Shown here: positions 38,273 to 48,600 of the stretch, in pieces
Position numbering within the stretch: position 1 is the stretch's first letter
How the letters are laid out: every line of letters starts with the position of its first letter
DNA from: Candidatus Moraniibacteriota bacterium
GTDB taxonomy: Bacteria; Patescibacteriota; Minisyncoccia; Moranbacterales; UBA1568
Length of the DNA: 64,000 nt
Assembly (NCBI GenBank): GCA_028711705.1
Contig: JAQTRS010000002.1
Span: 9,617-73,616 of the forward strand
Direction: 5' to 3'
Made by a program: the position numbers and the translations under genes
The notes under the pieces: generated by a model
What the model saw: the letters and a program-made list of their open reading frames with translations, nothing else
What the model was told of the DNA's origin: nothing
Databases searched by the model: none

Positions 38273-40540
38273 CTATTCTCCGTAATACTCGCTCGCGGAA
38301 ATGAAAATTTCATCGATCGCATCGCTTACCGCAACAGAGGCGGTGGCACTACCCTCATCGCCGCCATACGACACCTCGGACGCATCCTCCCACCGCGAAA
38401 ACATAGGGTCGGTAAAATCTGGCGGAGTTTGTCCGAGTGGATCGTTCTTATTCACGTAATACAAAATGCTATGGGCAGGGTTCTTGATGGAAACGCGGAC
38501 TTTAGAGGATTTTTTCTTCTTCGCTTTCTTTTCCGACAATTCCTTGCCGCTCTTGATATCGTAATACTTCACTTCTCCCCCCTCGCCATCGCGGTTGCCG
38601 GTAAGAAGCGGCTTGTCGGAAGTAACGGGCGTATAGGCACTGAAATTTTCGACGGGTTTGTCTTTGAGGGCGATCTTCATGAAATCATTCCAAATCGGCG
38701 CCGCCACGAAGACGCCGTCGGAACCGGCGGCCATCGCGTGGTTGTCGTTATTGCCTGCCCACACACCGACCGCAAGCGATGGCGTGTAGCCGATCGTCCA
38801 CGCGTCGCGGAAATCCTGCGTCGTGCCGGTCTTGGCAGCCACCGGCCGATCGGGCAAGATGAGCGGGCTATGGCTTCCGAATATCGGGGCGCGCGCCGCA
38901 TTATCCGAAAGAATGGAGTTTATCTTCCGTGCTACTTCCGGATCGAGCACCGACACGGGTTTTTCGGCCGCGTCGTCATCGATATGCTTCCCGCCCTGAT
39001 CGATGATATTCACCACCCCGTGCACCGGCGCCCGCATGCCCTCGCGCGCGAACACGCCGAAAGCTGCGGTCATATCCAAAAGTTTCACCTCTCCCCCGCC
39101 CAGCACCAGCGCCAATCCATAGCGATTGGTTTCATTCAGCGTGGTGATGCCAAGCTTATGCGCCATGTCGATGGTCTGCTGGACACCGGCCAGATAGAGG
39201 GTCTGCACAGCCGGGATATTGAGCGACTGCGAGAGTGTCTGACGCATCGAAAGGACGCCATGAAAACGCCCGTCGTAGTTATCGGGAATATAGTCTTTGC
39301 CCGATCCGTCCGGCCCGAAATTGATCCGCTTATCGGTGAGAATCGTCTCTGGCTGGAATCCTTTGGAAAACGCCGTCGCATAGGCGATCGGCTTGAAGGA
39401 ACTTCCCGGCTGGCGAAGGCGCGTCGTCACATTCACCTCGCCGTCGATAGAAGCGTCATAGAAATCCTTGCTCCCCACCATGGCCAATATCTCCCCGGTT
39501 CTGGGATCGACGGCCGTGAGCGCAGCATTTGTAGCATCGCGCGACATATTTTTTTTGGCCCCTTCGCGCACAGCCCACTCGGCCTGCTTCTGCATCTCCC
39601 AATCGAGCGTGGTATATATTTTCCAACCGCCCGTCTCCAAAGCCAATCGCCCGTATTCTTTCTCCAATTGCTCAATAACATAGAACACGAAATGCGGTGC
39701 GACTATCGCATGGGTCAAGGGAACAATCTTGGCGCCGGTATCGATGGTGATGGACTGCTTGAACTGCACATCCGTGATGAGTCCGAGCGCATACATCCGC
39801 GCCAATATACGGTCACGAGCGTTTATTGTGTGGGAGCGTTTGGCAACATAGGGCGAATACAGGCTCGGTGCCTTGGTGAGCGATGCCAGAAGAGCGGCTT
39901 CGTCCAGTGTCAAATCCTTCGCTTCCTTGCCGAAGTATACTTCCGCGGCCGTGCCCACACCATAGGCATTGGCGCCATAGGGCACACGATTGAGATACAT
40001 ATCCAAAATCTCATCCTTGGAAAAGGTATTCTCTATCTTGATGGCCATCACGGTTTCCAAGATCTTGCGCTTCACGGTGCGCTCCCGACCGAAGAACGCA
40101 TTGCGCGCCAGCTGCTGAGTGATGGTCGATCCCCCTTGCTCGATTTTTCCCGCCTCTATATCCGCGATGAGCGCCCGTACTATCGAGGTGAAATCGACGC
40201 CGTGATGCGCATAGAAATTGCTGTCCTCCGCCGCGATCGTCGCCTTGCGCATCGCATCGGAAATCTGATCATGCGGCATCACCTTGCGATTCTCCTCGCC
40301 GTGCAGCTGATACAGCACATGCGTACCCGTCCGATCATACAAAATCGACGTCTGCTCAAGCGGAATAGTCGGCAAGGTCTTGGCATCTTGGGTACCGAAC
40401 ACATAAATACCCGCAAAAGCGAGTACCGCGCCAAAAGCGAAAAGACTAACAACATAGGTTGTTTCCAAGGCGAAGCGGAGCGTTATACGCCAGATTCGTT
40501 TCATGATCGTTTGAGCATTCCCCATAACCGTTCGTATCAT
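38273..40540 (-). CDS. Class A penicillin-binding protein (PBP1A family)
   Basis: Transglycosylase EDSNF, GGSTITQQL, RKILE; transpeptidase SSFK, SLN, KTG. Confidence 0.93.
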   Translation of the reverse strand: MIRTVMGNAQTIMKRIWRITLRFALETTYVVSLFAFGAVLAFAGIYVFGTQDAKTLPTIPLEQTSILYDRTGTHVLYQLHGEENRKVMPHDQISDAMRKATIAAEDSNFYAHHGVDFTSIVRALIADIEAGKIEQGGSTITQQLARNAFFGRERTVKRKILETVMAIKIENTFSKDEILDMYLNRVPYGANAYGVGTAAEVYFGKEAKDLTLDEAALLASLTKAPSLYSPYVAKRSHTINARDRILARMYALGLITDVQFKQSITIDTGAKIVPLTHAIVAPHFVFYVIEQLEKEYGRLALETGGWKIYTTLDWEMQKQAEWAVREGAKKNMSRDATNAALTAVDPRTGEILAMVGSKDFYDASIDGEVNVTTRLRQPGSSFKPIAYATAFSKGFQPETILTDKRINFGPDGSGKDYIPDNYDGRFHGVLSMRQTLSQSLNIPAVQTLYLAGVQQTIDMAHKLGITTLNETNRYGLALVLGGGEVKLLDMTAAFGVFAREGMRAPVHGVVNIIDQGGKHIDDDAAEKPVSVLDPEVARKINSILSDNAARAPIFGSHSPLILPDRPVAAKTGTTQDFRDAWTIGYTPSLAVGVWAGNNDNHAMAAGSDGVFVAAPIWNDFMKIALKDKPVENFSAYTPVTSDKPLLTGNRDGEGGEVKYYDIKSGKELSEKKAKKKKSSKVRVSIKNPAHSILYYVNKNDPLGQTPPDFTDPMFSRWEDASEVSYGGDEGSATASVAVSDAIDEIFISASEYYGE

Positions 40541-40561
40541 CCAACAAAATATACCCCCATG

Positions 40562-41092
40562 CTACCTCACAAACGGGACAGCGACCATCCAGTGAACGAC
40601 TCGCACCCCGTCGATATGCCGAGCATGCCAGCGCTGCTCGAACAGATCCTTGCGTATCCTGCGGAAACCCCATTCTTTATTACGCATACCCTTCTTCTTA
40701 TACGGATCCGCGATAAAAAAATGCGTTTCGTCGAAACCGAAGACGACCGAGTAGTGGCCGTCCTTGGATCCGTCATCGTGCGCCTGAAAATCCACCAGAC
40801 ACAACTGGAAACGACGGATGCATTCCTCGATCGTCTGCAGGGTGGCCTGTTCTTGGACAACATGCTCCACGCCCAGGCTCTCAAGCGCGCTCACCATCCT
40901 GTCCGGATCGGTACCCGTCTTGGGATTGGTTCCGCACAGCTTCGCGATTTCCAACTCGCTCGGCAGTTTGTCGCGCCCGTTGAGCGTCTCCACGATAATC
41001 CGCAGCGATGCCGGCCCGCAGGTGTATTCTTCATACTGTAAGTGCCTGTGCACGGGCAAAATGACCGACGGATAGATATTATGTCCCTTCAT
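40562..41092 (-). CDS. Stand-alone C39-family cysteine peptidase
   Basis: Q....TCGPASL, GHYSVV, IADP. Confidence 0.8.
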   Translation of the reverse strand: MKGHNIYPSVILPVHRHLQYEEYTCGPASLRIIVETLNGRDKLPSELEIAKLCGTNPKTGTDPDRMVSALESLGVEHVVQEQATLQTIEECIRRFQLCLVDFQAHDDGSKDGHYSVVFGFDETHFFIADPYKKKGMRNKEWGFRRIRKDLFEQRWHARHIDGVRVVHWMVAVPFVR

Positions 41093-41372
41093 ACGGTTTC
41101 ACAAGAACCTCCTTAAAACCCCATTTCAAGCCGCAGGCATGGGACTTTCAGCAAGCTCCAACAAATTGGTTATAGTGTACTGTATCAGGAAACCAGGCTT
41201 TTGTACAGGGCGATGGGCAACAGGAGGGTATCCCAAGATTTCAAGAAGCCTATCCTCAAAATACGCATATATGAAAAAACGGCCTTATCATTACAATAAA
41301 GACCGTCTCGTTTCCCGTTTTCCGTCATTGACTTCCTTACGGATTTTTCAGAATCATTCTTCATTCATCCGG

Positions 41373-43454
41373 CTATTTCTTGCTGAACCGCGTATACGTC
41401 GCGATCGAATCATTGCCGCCGCAAGTCGGGGAACCACCATCCCTATTGACGCAAGCCCGCACCGTATGCCACTGATTCTTCCACGCATTGTTGATAGGAA
41501 TCTGCCACCCGCCACCATCCATATAGTCTTCATCCGTGGTTCCCGGAGGAAGCTCACTCGGTTGACTGGCTCCATACCCGATAGTCCACCACGCACCACC
41601 GGTCGCCACAGGACTGCTTATCTGATACATCGTCACTACTTGTCCAGAAGGAGCAGCTGATCCAGTGTTTTGAATCCACACATCGGGTTTGATGCGACTG
41701 CCGAGATTGGTGGTACAGCACCCAACTTCATCTTGAAATCCAACAATATTCAAGATGGGTTTCGGTCTTGGATAGAGAGTAAAAGAAAAAGCCGCACAAT
41801 TGTTGGCTTCATTGGTTTCAGTCCATGCATTCTGATAATCCGCACAAAGATAGGCCGTACACGAGCCCGTTGCATTGGGCATCGTCACCGGATTATCGAT
41901 CTGTTCCATATTGCTCACGCTGGGAGTCAATTCAGCAGCGCTGGTTCCGTCATCGGTCAGATAGACCCTGCCTGTTCCGGGACACTCGACACTATAGCTG
42001 CTCCTGATTCCCACTTGCGAGATATTCAGTCCGATATTCTGTATGTATCCCCTAAACCGTGCTGGGTCTCCCGCATAGGTCGGGGCTTGCAAAAAGCTGA
42101 AGGAATGCGCGACGTAATCGATATCCGGCCGATTGACCACCTGCCCATCCGCCGTAACTTCGAAGACCGCTTCCGTCGAGCAATTATTCGATTCATGCTC
42201 TTCGGGGAACGCGCCGCCGTCATTATGATCATCATAGAGATGATCGATGCAAGCGACGATGTTTGAAATACCCGGATCCGTATCTATCCAAAGCTCGATA
42301 CCTTCTTCTTCGGATTTCGTCATGCCGGATTTGAGGTTATCACATTGGATCTGATCGGTTCCGACGCGTTTCCACTGAGTATGATCATCTTCCTTGTAGC
42401 CCTTGGACAGATAGAAATGAACCTCTATCGTTCCGCTGCAATCGGATGACCCGATGTTTGCGAACTGCGCATACATCTTCATGGTTTCAGGCCTGCCGTA
42501 TCGGTAGGTTTCCGTCTGCCAAGGAGTCGTGAACCAGACTTTATCGACAGCGAAGTCGGGAAGGTTAGGAGCTGCCAGTTCGGTCGCTTCGGTTGAACCT
42601 CCAGGACCGGCGCCGCCTATGCCATAACCGCCTTCAAGATACGTCAAGATGTTCTTGGATTGCCCCGTATCTTGCGAACACCATGTCCAAACACTAGAAC
42701 CGGTTTCCGTTTTAAACAAACCTTCGGTATTTTTGTAATACCGAACATGATTACTGCCATCTTCACAAGTCGTCGGATTATTTGTCCAACACAGCACGCC
42801 TTGATTGTCTGCAAGCAACCTACAGGAAAAATCTGAGAATGATTTACCGATGGGGTTAGACTCGTAGAAATGCCCACTGTTAACGTCACACACAAATTCT
42901 GAAGGCGCATCGGTGGAAAAATATCTCAACGAGTTAGTATCTATATCCAAACCATACACATTCATTGCATGCGATACGCCTGATCCGGGGCCACTGTGCA
43001 CCCCAAAATGCAAGTGATATCCTCCTCCATTACCTATCGATAAACCAGTATTTCCAGAATAAGCGATTGGTTGCCCAGCAAACACTCTTTCACCTTCGCC
43101 GGCAATATACCAACTAAGATGCCCGTACAAGGTAAAATAACCGTTCCCGGCATCCACTTTTGCATATCGACCAAAGGCAGTGAAATTGCCATCTTTAACC
43201 GACTTTTCATGATGCATAACACCATCAGTAGCAGCAACCACAATAGAACCATTTGAGAGGCCAAAATCGACATCAAATTCTGAATACTGATCATTGTGAG
43301 TAGGCGCACTATGACTATTCTGGTTACATCTATACGCCATCCCATCATAAAATGGTAATTGTACATCCATCACTGGATTTTCTGCATAAGAAAACGTCGT
43401 AAAAAACATACTCAACCACAGCAATACTCTTGAAACATCAATAGATCGTTTCAT
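41373..43454 (-). CDS. Secreted M23 peptidase with C-terminal CARDB/Ig-like repeats
   Basis: Signal peptide, H..DVDF, YGHL, SGNTG, HLHF; N.G...E..E.NN repeats; start reassigned to MKRSI after SD GAGG. Confidence 0.85.
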   Translation of the reverse strand: MKRSIDVSRVLLWLSMFFTTFSYAENPVMDVQLPFYDGMAYRCNQNSHSAPTHNDQYSEFDVDFGLSNGSIVVAATDGVMHHEKSVKDGNFTAFGRYAKVDAGNGYFTLYGHLSWYIAGEGERVFAGQPIAYSGNTGLSIGNGGGYHLHFGVHSGPGSGVSHAMNVYGLDIDTNSLRYFSTDAPSEFVCDVNSGHFYESNPIGKSFSDFSCRLLADNQGVLCWTNNPTTCEDGSNHVRYYKNTEGLFKTETGSSVWTWCSQDTGQSKNILTYLEGGYGIGGAGPGGSTEATELAAPNLPDFAVDKVWFTTPWQTETYRYGRPETMKMYAQFANIGSSDCSGTIEVHFYLSKGYKEDDHTQWKRVGTDQIQCDNLKSGMTKSEEEGIELWIDTDPGISNIVACIDHLYDDHNDGGAFPEEHESNNCSTEAVFEVTADGQVVNRPDIDYVAHSFSFLQAPTYAGDPARFRGYIQNIGLNISQVGIRSSYSVECPGTGRVYLTDDGTSAAELTPSVSNMEQIDNPVTMPNATGSCTAYLCADYQNAWTETNEANNCAAFSFTLYPRPKPILNIVGFQDEVGCCTTNLGSRIKPDVWIQNTGSAAPSGQVVTMYQISSPVATGGAWWTIGYGASQPSELPPGTTDEDYMDGGGWQIPINNAWKNQWHTVRACVNRDGGSPTCGGNDSIATYTRFSKK

Positions 43455-43599
43455 TTTCTTTACCTCATTGTCAAAGAACAAAACTCGATTCACGTTTATG
43501 TGAATCACCTTCACCGCATAACAAAATAATGACGAAACATTTTCTTTCGTACATCACTCCGAGATTCTTCCAGATAACTGAAAAAATCTCTGGAGAGAT

Positions 43600-44313
43600 T
43601 TACTCTCCAGGCGTGGTTGGCGGAAAAAAATGAATAGATTGATACATTAGCTGGTAAACACTATTTACACCAAAATCATTACTACAATCAATGCTGATCG
43701 CACTTTCGAAATCACCAGCTTCTAATTTTTTTTCATCAAATCGAACGATAAATTTTCCTGAACAGTCACCGCTGTCAACAAAAGACAAATACCGATTAAA
43801 TGTACCCTGAAATTCCTTATAATCATTATGTTCGCAAATCTTTCCTTTTTTTCCTGCAATATCAATAAACTTACACGTGCCATCTTTTTCGACATAGTAC
43901 TCTGTCAAAGATTTCAAGAAGCTTAATGTTAAAATAAACTGATGAGCATCATCATCAATAGAGTACCCTTTTTGAGTTAGCCAAATTCTTAATTCATCTG
44001 GTCCGCTTATAACACCAGCACCATTAGCGCCATCAATCCTTACATCAAACATCTCCTCCGGATACTTAAACTCAATCCCGTATTCTTCATTGCGATATGT
44101 TTTCCATTTCGAAACATCGAGATTGCGAACAACAATATCCGCGTCCGTTTCTTGCGGCTGATTCTCAGTCACCCGTTGCTCTTGATTTTCCACCACAGTA
44201 GGCATTATTTGCTGCTGGACAGGCGCCTTCGATGCATACCAGAACCACCCACCTATTACCACAGCGAGTATGAATACAATGGATAAAATAAGCCTCTTTG
44301 AGATATTTTGCAT
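43600..44313 (-). CDS. Membrane-anchored hypothetical protein (PsbP-like WKTYRN..YG..FKYP domain)
   Basis: N-terminal TM plus WKTYRNEEYGIEFKYP; own promoter TTGACA-17-TATTCT. Confidence 0.7.
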   Translation of the reverse strand: MQNISKRLILSIVFILAVVIGGWFWYASKAPVQQQIMPTVVENQEQRVTENQPQETDADIVVRNLDVSKWKTYRNEEYGIEFKYPEEMFDVRIDGANGAGVISGPDELRIWLTQKGYSIDDDAHQFILTLSFLKSLTEYYVEKDGTCKFIDIAGKKGKICEHNDYKEFQGTFNRYLSFVDSGDCSGKFIVRFDEKKLEAGDFESAISIDCSNDFGVNSVYQLMYQSIHFFPPTTPGE

Positions 44314-44436
44314 AGGATACTCTAAGTTTCTTAAGATCGTAATTGAGAATAACAGGAATAACTATCCCTGTCAATACAAAACAGAGCCCCGGAGAAGGGC
44401 TCTGCTCGTGCATTTCTCAATCACCGGTATCCCCTC

Positions 44437-45324
44437 CTACTGTTTGAGGGCGGCTTTCAGGTCTGTGCGGGCTTTTTCCATGGTGGCTTTGAAATCGGTC
44501 ATCGCCTTGTCGATGGCGGTTTTTTTGGTGGCGGCCAAGGCTGGGACGGAATCACCGAGTCCTTCGAAAGACTTGCGGCTCTCCTGCAATTTCTCGCGGG
44601 CGTCCTTGATGCTTGATGCGAGCGTGTCGCGGACGGTTTTCGGATCCGTTCCGTTGGCGCAATCGGTCTTGGCCTTTTCAAGAGCGGCCTTAACGGTCGA
44701 TTGGAACGTATCGACGGCGCCCTCGACATTCATCTTCTTGGATGAGATGAGCTTATCCACCTCGTCGCGGAACGAATCGATAGCATCGCTTACGGCATTG
44801 CGGCGAACGGTCACCGCCTCATCCACGGTCTTTTGGAATGCCACGACGGCAGCTTTCTGCGCGTCCGTTTTCGCGAGTTCCTCAAGCTTCATATACATCT
44901 CATTGCGGCGCTCGTCCTGCTTGATGCGGTCATTGTTCAATTTGGCATCGTGATTGCCTCGCTTCTCCTCGAAGATACCCATCTTGTCTTCGCGATTCTG
45001 CGCGAATATCTCCTTTTTCTCGGAAAGTTTCTCGAAATGATCGTTTCGCATCGTGGTCATACGCTCGCATGAAGCGGCCTGCCTTTCGGTCTTGCGCTCT
45101 TCCATATTGGCCTTACGCTCTTCCTTGAAGGCTTCCACAGTCGCCTTGCGACCCTCCATGCGGGCATCTCTGGCTTCCTGGATTTCCTTCATGCGAAGCG
45201 CTCGAGCATCCGCATCGACGGTTTCCGCTTCCACCGCATACGCGATCGGCGAGAGGACGACGGATTGCAGGATAGAAAGGCTCAATACGAAAACGATGCT
45301 TTTCTTAGAGTTGATTTTCATCAT
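44437..45324 (-). CDS. Secreted alpha-helical coiled-coil protein
   Basis: Signal peptide (AYA), E/K/R/A-rich helices; terminator at 44377-44404. Confidence 0.75.
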   Translation of the reverse strand: MMKINSKKSIVFVLSLSILQSVVLSPIAYAVEAETVDADARALRMKEIQEARDARMEGRKATVEAFKEERKANMEERKTERQAASCERMTTMRNDHFEKLSEKKEIFAQNREDKMGIFEEKRGNHDAKLNNDRIKQDERRNEMYMKLEELAKTDAQKAAVVAFQKTVDEAVTVRRNAVSDAIDSFRDEVDKLISSKKMNVEGAVDTFQSTVKAALEKAKTDCANGTDPKTVRDTLASSIKDAREKLQESRKSFEGLGDSVPALAATKKTAIDKAMTDFKATMEKARTDLKAALKQ

Positions 45325-45643
45325 ATGTTTGGCTCAGGTTATTAATTTCTGTCCCACTTGCGGAGATAGCCTCCTTCTCGCTCGTCACATCGTCTTGCAA
45401 TGCCTGGTCATCGAATGATACCTCGTCGATGATGGCATCCACGGTCGCGTCCGGTGTTGCAGGAATCGTTGCTGCCGGCGCAAGTTCCCGCGTGCTGACA
45501 CCAGAGGCGGTGTTTTTCGTTGTTCCGACAGACAATCCGGACGGAGTATTTCCTACCGAAGAAAACTGGTTGTACAGGAATGCGAGCGCCAACACGATGA
45601 CAAGCGCGGCCGCAACCCCAAGCACTTTTTGCTTTTGAGACAT
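45305..45643 (-). CDS. Small membrane-anchored hypothetical protein
   Basis: N-terminal TM, acidic C-terminus; overlaps the start of the next gene. Confidence 0.7.
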   Translation of the reverse strand: MSQKQKVLGVAAALVIVLALAFLYNQFSSVGNTPSGLSVGTTKNTASGVSTRELAPAATIPATPDATVDAIIDEVSFDDQALQDDVTSEKEAISASGTEINNLSQTYDENQL

Positions 45644-45692
45644 ATCGTATTTTGATTAGTGTTTATGAGCCACAGGTTACAGAGGTAGTATA

Positions 45693-48600
45693 TCACATAA
45701 GCTCGAATTTCTCTTTCAGGATGATGATTTCGTCGCGCAAAATGGCGGCTGTCTCGAAATCCAGCTCCTTCACGGCGAGTTTCATCTGCTTTTCCTTGAG
45801 CTTGATCAGCTTCTCTGGATTCTTCACAAACACCTGCTCGTCGATCAGGATATTCGCCGACACCGCCTTCTGATGCTCGCTCTCGAAGGCCTCGGTGATA
45901 TCGTGGATTTTCTTGCTGATGGTCTGAGGGGTGATGCCATGCGCCTCATTATACGCGATCTGGATGGCACGCCGACGATCGGTCTCGCTTATCGCACGCT
46001 CCAAAGACCCGGTCATCGTGTCCGCATAGACATTGACCCGGCCGAAAACATTGCGCGCCGCCCGCCCGATGATCTGGATGAGCGACGTTTCCGATCGCAA
46101 AAATCCCTCCTTATCCGCATCCAAGATGCCGATGAAAGTCACCTCCGGCAGATCCAATCCTTCCCGCAACAGATTCACGCCCACCAAGCAATCGAATTCC
46201 CCTTTGCGGAACGACGTGAGTATCCTGATGCGGTCTATCGTTTTGACATCGCTGTGCAGATATTCCGCCTTGACTTTCTGTTCTTTCAAATACGTCGTCA
46301 GATCCTCGGCCATTTTTTTGGTCAAAGTCGTCGCCAGCACCCGCCCGCCTTTTTGTATATCCTTCTTCGCCTCGCCGATAAAATGCCAGATCTGCCCGGG
46401 ATAGTTCCCTGCTTCACGCACGGGCCTCACCGTCACTTCCGGATCGATCAGTCCCGTCGGCCGGATGACCTGCTGCACGACCTGCTCGCTCACCTCGCGC
46501 TCATAGACGCTCGGCGTCGCGGACACATAGATCGTCTGACCGACCCGCTGCTCGAATTCCTCATAACGCATCGGGCGATTATCCAAGGCGCTCGGCAGAC
46601 GGAAACCGAAATCGATCAGCGTTCCCTTGCGGGCCTGATCGCCCGCATACATCGCGCGCAACTGCGGCAGCGTCACGTGCGATTCATCGATCAGTGTCAA
46701 AAAATCCGGCGCGCCATCCGCTTTTTTCGGGAAGTATTCAAGCAGGCTGTCCGGCGCCTCCCCGGGTTTCTTGCCCGAAAAATGCCTCGAGTAATTCTCG
46801 ATACCGCTGCAATAGCCGATTTCCTCTATCATCGCCAGATCATACTGCGTCCGCCGCTTCAGGCGATCCGCTTCCAAAAGCTTTCCCTGTTTATTGAGTT
46901 CCGCAAGCTGCTCCTCCAATTCCGCGCGTATCGTCTGCAGCGCACGTAGTTGCTGTTCCTTGTCCGACACGAAGTGCTTGGCCGGAAACAGGAACATCGA
47001 ATCCATCTCGCCTGTAATCTTCTGCGATACCGGATCGATACCGGTGATGGAGCGCACCTCGCCACCCGAGATATCCAACGAATACATCACGCGCTCCTGC
47101 ACCGGCATGATGTCCACCCGATTGCCCAGGCTGCGAAAAGTTCCAGGCGTCAAATCCGCATTAGTGCGCTCGAAGAAAATCCCGATCAAGCGGCGCAAAA
47201 ATTCCGGACGCAAAATCCGGTCGCCCTTCTTCAGGATAACATGCTCCTTCTGATACTCCTCCGGGCTTCCCAAACCGTAGATGCACGACACCGATGCCAC
47301 GATAATCACATCGCGACGCGTTAGCAGCGACTGGGTCGAGGCATGGCGCAACCGGTCGATCTCCTCGTTGATCTGTGCATCCTTTTCGATATACGTATCC
47401 GTGATGGGCATATATGCCTCTGGTTGATAGTAGTCATAATAGGAGACGAAATAGTGGACGGCATTATCGGGAAAAAATTCCTGAAACTCCTGCGCGAGCT
47501 GGGCCGCCAAGGTCTTGTTATGCGCTATAACGAGGGTCGGCTGTTGGATATTTTGTATGACCTGAGCCATAGTGAAGGTATTGTGAACGAATATCCCTCC
47601 GAACCCAGCTAAAAAAGTTTCATTCTGATCGATTGAAAAATCATACACATATTTTTCGCCTGAAATCATTTCTATTTTTTCGATAGGCGTCCAATATGAG
47701 TTCAAAAGATACGCCTGTTTTTCGATAGCGGAAACATCTGCTAAACCGATTTTTTTCGCTGCTTTAAATAAAGTTTTTATGATTCCCTCGAAACAATTTC
47801 TGGAAGGCAGCCTTTTGCCACTCTCAATCAAACCCATATGAGATCGTCCAGAAATAAAATCTTTCTGCCATAGGCCTAGTTTCTGCCTTATATCCTTAAT
47901 CTGCTTCCCATCGATAGGGATAAGATTGACATTCGTGTTACCAAAAGGTGCTATCGTCGCCCTCAAAGAGTCATTTTTTCTTGTAATTGAAAAACCTATA
48001 TTTTCCTGAAAAATCTCCAGATATTCTTTCCCAGAGATAAAGACTTTCCAGCAATCGGTTCGGTTATCCTGATTCGGAATCTTAACACTCCTTTTTTTCA
48101 TCCTTGCCACAATTCCAAAACGCGACAGGGCATAGAGAAGATCCGATGCCAATCCCTTGCTTACCGTTACACAGGTGATAGCGCCGCTATCGATCCCGCC
48201 ATCTCCCGAGAAATACGCCTTCAAAATATGCCTGAGATGGTTATTCGATAACTGCGCCCAGAACGAAGGAAGCCGCTTCATTCGGGAGGTGTTACCGCAC
48301 CAATATTTAAGCCACTCCGTCCATACCGTAGAAGAGACCTGGTAGTCATACGTTCCCGGACGTAAACGATACCGCAACCCAAGATGGACGCAAATGGAAG
48401 AAAAGTCATCAACAGCCTCTCGATCTCCGGATGAGAACATAAAAAAACCGTCCGCTCCATGTCCTTCGGCTATATAGTAACCGATAAGCCTCATCAATTC
48501 CTCGGTAACCGGAATTTCAAGCGTATGTTCATATCCCCGGCTTACCACCCCAAAAACAGCCTGTTGAGAGAGCATCGGGACTGCTGTAATAATTTTTTTA

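Noticed and set aside
38135-41041. 968-aa plus-strand ORF
   Set aside because: Lies antisense to the PBP1A and C39 genes, has no recognisable motifs and an Arg/His-rich shadow composition; best explained by codon bias on the coding strand
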